A DNA stretch of 46,898 nt from Spirochaetota bacterium (lineage in GTDB: Bacteria; Spirochaetota; UBA6919; CBDBPB01): positions 1 to 46,898 of the forward strand of contig CBDBPB010000005.1 of assembly GCA_965208615.1 (NCBI GenBank). The letters are read 5' to 3'. Below are positions 40,566-46,898 of this stretch, one piece after another. Within the stretch, counting starts at the first letter, position 1, and the number at the start of each line of letters is the position of its first letter. Position numbers and translations under genes: made by a program. The notes below the pieces were generated by a model that was not told the DNA's origin, searched no databases, and saw only the letters and a program-made list of their open reading frames with translations.

Positions 40566-41327
40566 ATGAAAACAGTTATAACCTTATTCATATTAACTTT
40601 TATATTATCATGTGCATTAGGCGATAGCAATAGTCATGCAACCTTAAATAAAGGATTTTACTATAATCGCCTTATAATAAAAGCACCCCGTTATAAGGTT
40701 AGAACTGGGTTTAATCTTTTTTATGTTACTATTGATCCTAGTAAATATAAAGTTAACTTATTATTAGCTAAGGATTATAATAAACCATTCCTAAATATAA
40801 AAGAATATTTAAACCTATCAAATGCCATAATGGCTATAAATGCCAGTTTTTTTGATAAAAGCTATCACCCACTGGGTTTACAGGTTAAAAATAATAAGCT
40901 GATAAGCAAGGTACGCAAGCAATTTGATGGAGTGTTTTACATAAGAAAAAATATAGCTAAAATGGTTCACTCAAGTAAGTTTAGATATGATAAGAAAATA
41001 AGCTTTGCTATTCAAAGTCGTCCACAGCTAGTTGACAAGGCTAAACCAGTAGCTAACTTAAAAAGACAAATAGCACGACGATCTTTTATTGGTATAAAAA
41101 ATAATAATCTCATTGTCATAGGGATAACTGAGAATACCAGTGCTTATGCAGATGATTTAGCTATGATCCTCGCTTTAAAAGAGTCTTACGGCGGTTTAGG
41201 CTGTAAGTATGCTCTAAACCTCGATGGTGGTACCTCCTCTCAGCTTTATATAAATTATAAAAACTTTAAAAAACAGATTAATGGTAGCTTTGGTATTCCC
41301 AATGCAATTGGTATATTTAAACGATAA
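40566..41327 (+). CDS. Phosphodiester glycosidase (NAGPA) family lipoprotein
   Basis: ILSC lipobox, AINASFF, ARRSFIG and ALNLDGGTSS. Confidence 0.85.
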   Translation: MKTVITLFILTFILSCALGDSNSHATLNKGFYYNRLIIKAPRYKVRTGFNLFYVTIDPSKYKVNLLLAKDYNKPFLNIKEYLNLSNAIMAINASFFDKSYHPLGLQVKNNKLISKVRKQFDGVFYIRKNIAKMVHSSKFRYDKKISFAIQSRPQLVDKAKPVANLKRQIARRSFIGIKNNNLIVIGITENTSAYADDLAMILALKESYGGLGCKYALNLDGGTSSQLYINYKNFKKQINGSFGIPNAIGIFKR

Positions 41328-41332
41328 TAACC

Positions 41333-42614
41333 TTAGTTAACCCTAATCCGTAATTTCTTTTGTCTAATAAAGTCATAAATAAGAAGACCATAAAAAGGTA
41401 TATATTCCGCCATAATAACATAAATACTCTCTTCCCATATACCCAGCCTATAATAATCCATTCTGATGATGTATGACAGCACAACTAAACCACTAAACAA
41501 TATCCACCCTCTTGATGGACTAATAACAAGAAATGGAATTATCAAAATGACATACCACGGATGTAATACAGGACTAAATAATAATACGCATCCCAAAACA
41601 AAAAACGAACTCTTTATGAATAACCTATCATCCATAAAAACATCCTTCCACTTCTTTAAATAAAGAATTAAAAATACTATTCCCAATATAAGCTTTGGTA
41701 TTTCTCTATTTCCAAAAACTCCTTTTAATGCCTTATAAAAAAAGCTATTATACTCCCAATACTTGCTGAAGTGAAGTAATCCAGTAAATAAATTAGGATC
41801 ATAATAAAAACCATAAAAGCCTATAATAATCACGAAAAATAATCCCATATACCTAAAAGGTACTTTTTTATAATAAAACGGTAGTAATACCAAACCTATA
41901 AACTTTGTTATAGTCAAAAATGCAAGACTGATTATAGATAGCTTTTTACTATAACTAGTGTATAAATATAGCGTTAGGGTGATTAGTAAAACCATTAATG
42001 AATCGCTATGTCCGCTATGATAAAACTCTAATATAACAAGAGGATTCCAACTATAAATTATAAATAATGCCTTATTAAGCTTGAGCCTAGAAAGCCAACT
42101 AATTATCAAAATAGACGTTAGTATATCGAATATCATAAAGACTATCTTAAAGGCTAAAATGGAAGAGTGTATAGAGTATATTAAATAGAATACGGCCTGC
42201 AAAAAAGGCGGGTAAATAGTAGGTATCTCTGGATGATTAATAGAATTAAAATGTATGTCTTTTAGATGAGGATACTTATTTATAATTTCTTTTGGAGAAA
42301 AACTATATGGATTATATCCCTCATACTGAACCTTACCATCCCATCTATACCTAAATATGTCATCTGATAGGTCTGGTATATAGTCGGCAAAAAGGAATGG
42401 GAGCCTAATTAATAGTGCAATAATGAAAAGTACTAATAAATATTTATTGTCTACTTTTTTCTTTGTTAGTGAGTATATACCCAAACAGTAGAATAGGAAT
42501 CCCGCTAAAAAGAAAGTTAAAAATAGTGGTAATATTAGCTGATAATGGCATATATAAAGGTCTGTTTATTATAAACATAAACAAACTTATTAAGCATCCG
42601 CATAATATAACCAT
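41333..42614 (-). CDS. GT-C fold membrane glycosyltransferase (GT87/DUF2029-like); 5' end frameshifted
   Basis: LSDDIFRYRWDG, INHPEIPTIYPP, YSWNPLVILE..SGHSD and SPVLHPWY. A hydrophobic N-terminal extension from ATG ~42614 is out of frame. Confidence 0.8.
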
Positions 42615-42640
42615 ATCTCAACTAACATCGTAAATAAAGA

Positions 42641-43558
42641 TTAATAAACTATATTTTTAAATCGTCTAGTTCTATATCTTGTTATTTTTGGTACCTTTGA
42701 ATTATAGTTAATAATTATCTGACTAACATTATTAGCCCTATCTAAAGGATTACCATGAATACCATCAGACTTATTTTTCGCTTTATATATTGAGGATAAC
42801 TTAGTTAACATCCTTTTTAGTCCTTTTGGATCATATCCAGCCTTAACTAATATATGAATAGCTTCTATATCAGCCTCTTTTTCTTTTTTGGCATCAAAAC
42901 CCCTTTTAGTACTCCTGGTACAACACTATCAACTATACCACTAAAAACACCAGTTAAACTACTAAGTTTTTCATCTTGCCGATAACCCTGTATTTACACA
43001 CCGAATTCAACTAGTTCTGCAACAGCCTTTGTTCTTTCCGATTCACTTATTGACTCCAAAGAATGCTTTTTTACAATGTGTACAACTTCATGGGCAATAA
43101 CACCAGCCAACTCATCCTCATCAGAGGCCATATTAATTAATCCTGTAGTTATAAATATATATCCACTTGGTACAGCAAAAGCATTAATAGAGTTAGACCT
43201 AATTATGGAAAACCTATATCCTTGATAAGTCTCAGGACGATCAGAGGCCATTGCAATAGTATGACCTATTCTTGAAATATATTTTTCTAATGCTGATCTT
43301 CCATTTCCGTATAGACGCCTTTTTTGTAATACATGTGCACTTACAGTACGACCTATATAATACTCTTCTCTTGGCGTAAATTGTTTATTATAGGCCTTAT
43401 ATATTGCTGATAGTTTTTTCTATTGCTTCATACCCTATTAGTATTTTATCTCCATAGGGCAATGCTCTAATGAGTTCCTTACAGTTTGTAAAGCCGGTTA
43501 TTAATAAAATAAAAATTAAAAGATAATAAAATTTTTTATTTATTCTTTTATTATTCAT
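42641..43558 (-). CDS. M48 family zinc metallopeptidase lipoprotein (about three frameshifts)
   Basis: ATG 43558 with GGAG RBS and signal ending GFTNC; then FTPREEYYIGR, INAFAVPSGYIFITTGL, LAGVIAHEVVH, EKEADIEA, AGYDPKG and HGNPLDRA; stop at 42641-42643. Confidence 0.88.
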
Positions 43559-43575
43559 AGTTTTTCTCCAAAATG

Positions 43576-44182
43576 CTATTTAGGTTTTTGATAATATGGA
43601 CCATATTCACCCAGTTCTCCAAGTTTACGCCATCGTCTATACGTCCTTTCTATATTTGGAGTTACTCTTCTATCCAGCTTTCTAACCAAATCATATCTTA
43701 GTCCTCTATTTTGTTTTTTATACTTTTCCTCAACCTGCTTATTAAAGCCTTTTGTACCAACAGATACCTCTTCTTCCTCGCTAAAGCCCTTTACACCAGC
43801 CGCCAGTTCTTCTTCTTCACTAAAACCCTTTGTACCAACGGCTAATTCTTCTTCTTCGCTAAAACCTTTTGCTCTAGCTTTAGCCTCTCGTTTATTAATA
43901 GCCTCTGCCTGACGCTCAAAACCAGCTTTATCAATTAGAGCCAGCTTATGAACATAACCTAACTTTCCCCCTTTAGATTTAAGCTCTACCCATTGGCCAT
44001 AAACCTTTTCTACATTAACAGATGAACCAAAACGAATTCGTGTTATTTGATCTGAAAAGCTAGAAGCCTTAGAATATACCCTTGCTTTTATATGCGTTAC
44101 AAGTAGTTTTTTTTCTTCTCCATAAAGTAGAGTAGAAAATATTAAAAATTAATAAGGTTGATTTAAGAACTAATTTTTTCAT
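43576..44182 (-). CDS. Secreted SH3-domain protein with 13-aa tandem repeats (absent from ORF track; frameshift near 44145)
   Basis: Manual translation: MKKLVLKSTLLI/LIFSTLLYG-EEKKLLVTHIKARVYSKASSFSDQITRIRFGSSVNVEKVYGQWVELKSKGGKLGYVHKLAL (SH3b-like)...ARAKGFSEEEELAVGTKGFSEEEELAAGVKGFSEEEEVSVGTKGFNKQVEEKYKKQN...YQKPK*. Confidence 0.85.
43744..43869. repeat. 39-bp coding tandem repeat, about 3.2 copies
   Basis: Units start at 43744, 43783, 43822 and 43861 on the + strand; differences in the KGFSEEEE part are synonymous. Confidence 0.92.
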
Positions 44183-44349
44183 TTGATAACACCATCTTAA
44201 TTTATTTTTTGTATTATATAATATATAAACTCCATTGTTTATGATATAATTTAAATAAAAAAATAGTTATTAGATATAACTAAACTTTGACTTCTTAAAT
44301 AATATAAAATATTAAATGAAAATTTATAGTTACCGTAGGGGGTTTTGTA

Positions 44350-46444
44350 ATGAAACAATATATAACAGATAATATTAGAAATATATCAATAATAGGGCAT
44401 GGGGGTACTGGTAAAACCACTTTAACTGAAAATATGCTCTATTTTACAGGAGCTATTAATAAGCTCGGAGCTGTAGAAAGTGGTAATACCTCTTCTGACT
44501 TTGAAGACGAAGAAGTTAAACGAAAAATATCTATTTTATACATCTCTTACGTTCACAGAGTTTCAGAATACCAAAATAAATATATTTGACACTCCAGGTA
44601 CCCCTGACTTCGTAGGAGAAGTAAGAGCCTCTCTTAGGGTATCAGAGGGGGCATTGGTAGTAGTAGATAGTGTTGATGGTATACAAATAGGAACAAGAAA
44701 AATATGGGACTATGCAGATGAATACAGAGTACCAAGAATTATCTTCGTAAACAAAATGGATAAAGAACCTTGCTAACTTTGAAAACATAGTACAAAAAGA
44801 TGCAAAACGATATTAATACACCTATTGTCCCTATTGAAATACCAATTGGACAAGGGGATAGCTTTAGTGGTGTTCATAGATATTCTATTAATGAAGGCTC
44901 TGTATCCAAAAAAAGATAAACAAGGCGTTGATATAAAGGATATACCCAGTGAATACATGGATAAGGCTAAAGAGTATAAAGAAAAGCTAAAAGAAGCAAT
45001 TGCAGAAATAGATGATGATCTTGTTGAAAAATATCTAAATGGTGAACAGTTCACAGACGAAGAAATTGCAAGAGGTGTAAGAAAGTGTACTCAACAGTTT
45101 AAAATTGTACCATTAGTTTGTGGTTCTGCTAATAAAGGAATAGGAGTTATTACTCTATTAAAAATGGTTATAAAGTTTTTACCTTCTCCACTATTTGTTG
45201 GTGAGACTCTTGGATTTAATCCCAATGACGAAAATGAACTCATTGCAAGAAATCCAGATGTCAATGATCCGTTTACTGCATTTGTTTATAAAACTCGTCT
45301 TGATCAATATGCTGGTAAGTTTAGCTATTTTAGAGTACGCTCAGGTAAGGCTATACCAGATATGGAATTAATAAACGCATCTTCGGAAAATAAGATAAAG
45401 TTATCTCATATATACTCTATTATGGGTAGTAAACAAGTTCAGATAAATGAGCTAATTGCCGGAGATATTGGAGTAGTAACCAAACTCGATGATGTTAATA
45501 CTGGTGATACTCTTCATGACCCTAAAGATCCTATTAAACTACCTCCTCTTAAACTGCCAAAAACAATTTATTATTATCCGTTAAATCAGAGAATAAAGGA
45601 GATGAAGATAAAATAATGTCCTCATTACATAAAGTTGCTCAAGAAGATCCCACATTTGAAATAAAAATAAACTCCGAAACCAAAGAAACTATTATATCCG
45701 GCATGGGGGAAATACAACTCGACGTTATAATTAGCCATATCCAAGATAAAAATAATTTAAAGATTCTAACCAACCCTCCTAAAATAGCATACAGAGAAAC
45801 TATAGGTAAAGCTGGCAAGGCTCAATATCGACATAAAAAGCAAACTGGCGGACATGGACAATTTGGAGAGGTGTTTATCAATGTTGAACCCCTTGAACGT
45901 GGATTAGGATTTGAGTTTGTGGATAAAATTGTAGGGGGTACCATACCAAAAGGATATATACCAGGTGTTGAAAAGGGACTTAAAGAAGCTAAGGAAGAGG
46001 GTGTATTGGCTAAATATCCTATAACTGATGTTAAAGTTACTCTTTATGATGGTAGTTTTCATCCTGTTGACTCATCAGAGCTATCATTTAAATTAGCCGC
46101 ATTGCATGCTATGAAAAAAAGCCGTTAATAATTGTAATCCCATTTTGCTAGAACCTATTATGGATGTGACTATATACACTGATCAGGAGCTAACTGGTGA
46201 TGTGTTAGGCGATATTCAAGGTAGACGTGGGCGTATACTAGGCATGGATGAGGGTGATAAAAGCACTACTCAGGTTATTAAAGCACAAGCCCCACTTAGC
46301 GAGATGATTAAGTATTCCATTGAGCTTAGGTCATTAACCAGTGGTAGAGCTACTTTCGAAATGAGCTTTTCTCACTATGAACATTTGACAGATAAACTTG
46401 CAGAAAAGGTCATTCAGCAAAATAAAGAAAAAGTAACCGTTTAA
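44350..46444 (+). CDS. fusA: Elongation factor G paralogue (EF-G2/EF-G II type), split by several frameshifts
   Basis: GHGGTGKTT, RKISI, DTPG, NKMD, SGMGEIQL, HKKQTGGHGQFG, DGSFHPVDSSE and LEPIM across consecutive ORF fragments; not in an rpsL-rpsG operon. Confidence 0.92.
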
Positions 46445-46459
46445 AAATAAAAATAAATA

Positions 46460-46542
46460 TGCGGAGGTCGGACTTGAACCGACATGAAGTTACCTTCACT
46501 GGATTTTGAGTCCAGCGTGTCTACCAATTTCACCACTCCGGC
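46460..46542 (-). tRNA. tRNA-Leu (anticodon CAA), no encoded CCA
   Basis: Reverse complement: GCCGGAGTGGTGAAATTGGTAGACACG-CTGGA-CTCAAAA-TCCAG-TGAAGGTAACTTCAT-GTCGGTTCAAGTCCGAC-CTCCGCA. Long variable arm; the 3' acceptor strand appears to lack one G. Confidence 0.95.
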
Positions 46543-46557
46543 AATAATATTGCTTTA

Positions 46558-46587
46558 AGTATAATGTTTTTTTACTATGAGTGTCAA
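46558..46587 (-). promoter_or_regulatory. Putative sigma70 promoter for tRNA-Leu
   Basis: Minus strand TTGACA-18 bp-TATACT, just upstream of the tRNA 5' end. Confidence 0.6.
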
Positions 46588-46669
46588 GTAATTTTAAATA
46601 TAGGCAAAAATAATTAATCTATACATATTTTTGAGCTAAGATAGGCTACTTATAATTAGGGAGGCAAAC

Positions 46670-46898
46670 ATGTTTGATGATCTAGAGATTATTTCTTTAA
46701 AGTTGTTAAAAGTTTTATATTATTATCATAAGCAAGATAACACTAAAGGTATGTGCCATAACACCTTGGCAAATAGAATAGACTTTTCCGACAAAAAACA
46801 AGGACTTAAGCTCATAAATAAAGCCCCTAGAACAACTAAAAGAACTCAAACTAATAAAACTGGATAATGAAAATTATATGATTAGTGACAACGGTATT
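46670..46898 (+). CDS. Hypothetical winged-helix-like protein, frameshifted and running off the window
   Basis: GGGAGG RBS. After a shift near 46825 the frame reads ALEQLKELKLIKLDNENYMISDNGI, resembling a wHTH recognition helix plus wing. Confidence 0.5.

Noticed and set aside
43744-43869. 39-bp periodic repeat as a mini CRISPR array
   Set aside because: The period is a multiple of three, there are no unique spacers, variation is largely synonymous within an ORF, and no cas genes are present.
44350-46444. EF-G gene as a pseudogene or programmed frameshift
   Set aside because: Motifs are well conserved, and the shifts are numerous and shared with all neighbouring genes, fitting sequencing error.
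46445-46898. tRNA-Leu as an integration site of a mobile element
   Set aside because: No integrase and no duplicated tRNA 3' end in the window; the tRNA 3' end abuts the EF-G gene directly.

Overview
AT-rich bacterial chromosome segment, mostly housekeeping genes. A Spirochaetota-like origin is suggested by the very long LptD-like protein, the atypical lipoboxes and the SH3/M48 gene pair, but this is inference. Contents: bioA/bioD, acylphosphatase, rpsU, a K+ channel, fchA-folD, queC, ogt, two EutN/CcmL microcompartment vertex genes plus a DAG-kinase-family gene, gatC-murJ, coaBC, ubiX, acs, a metzincin lipoprotein, prpD-prpB, a complete pstSCAB/phoU/phoR/phoB locus, hisC, a ferredoxin, tgt, an lptD-like gene, an EF-G paralogue and tRNA-Leu(CAA). 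Many frameshifts occur in the first ~1.3 kb and last ~4.4 kb and almost none in between, so they are most likely assembly errors. Best leads: (1) a secreted SH3 protein missed by the ORF track, carrying a 13-aa tandem repeat (KGFSEEEE-L/V-xxG-x), paired with an M48 lipoprotein peptidase; (2) an orphan pair of BMC pentamer genes coupled to a lipid-kinase-family gene; (3) a TIR-like protein lacking its catalytic Glu, next to a degenerate crotonase; (4) a Bdr-like repeat protein cassette with its own promoter and palindrome inside the pho locus; (5) a FolD lacking cyclohydrolase residues, next to fchA. No CRISPR array, rRNA, integrase or transposase was seen.
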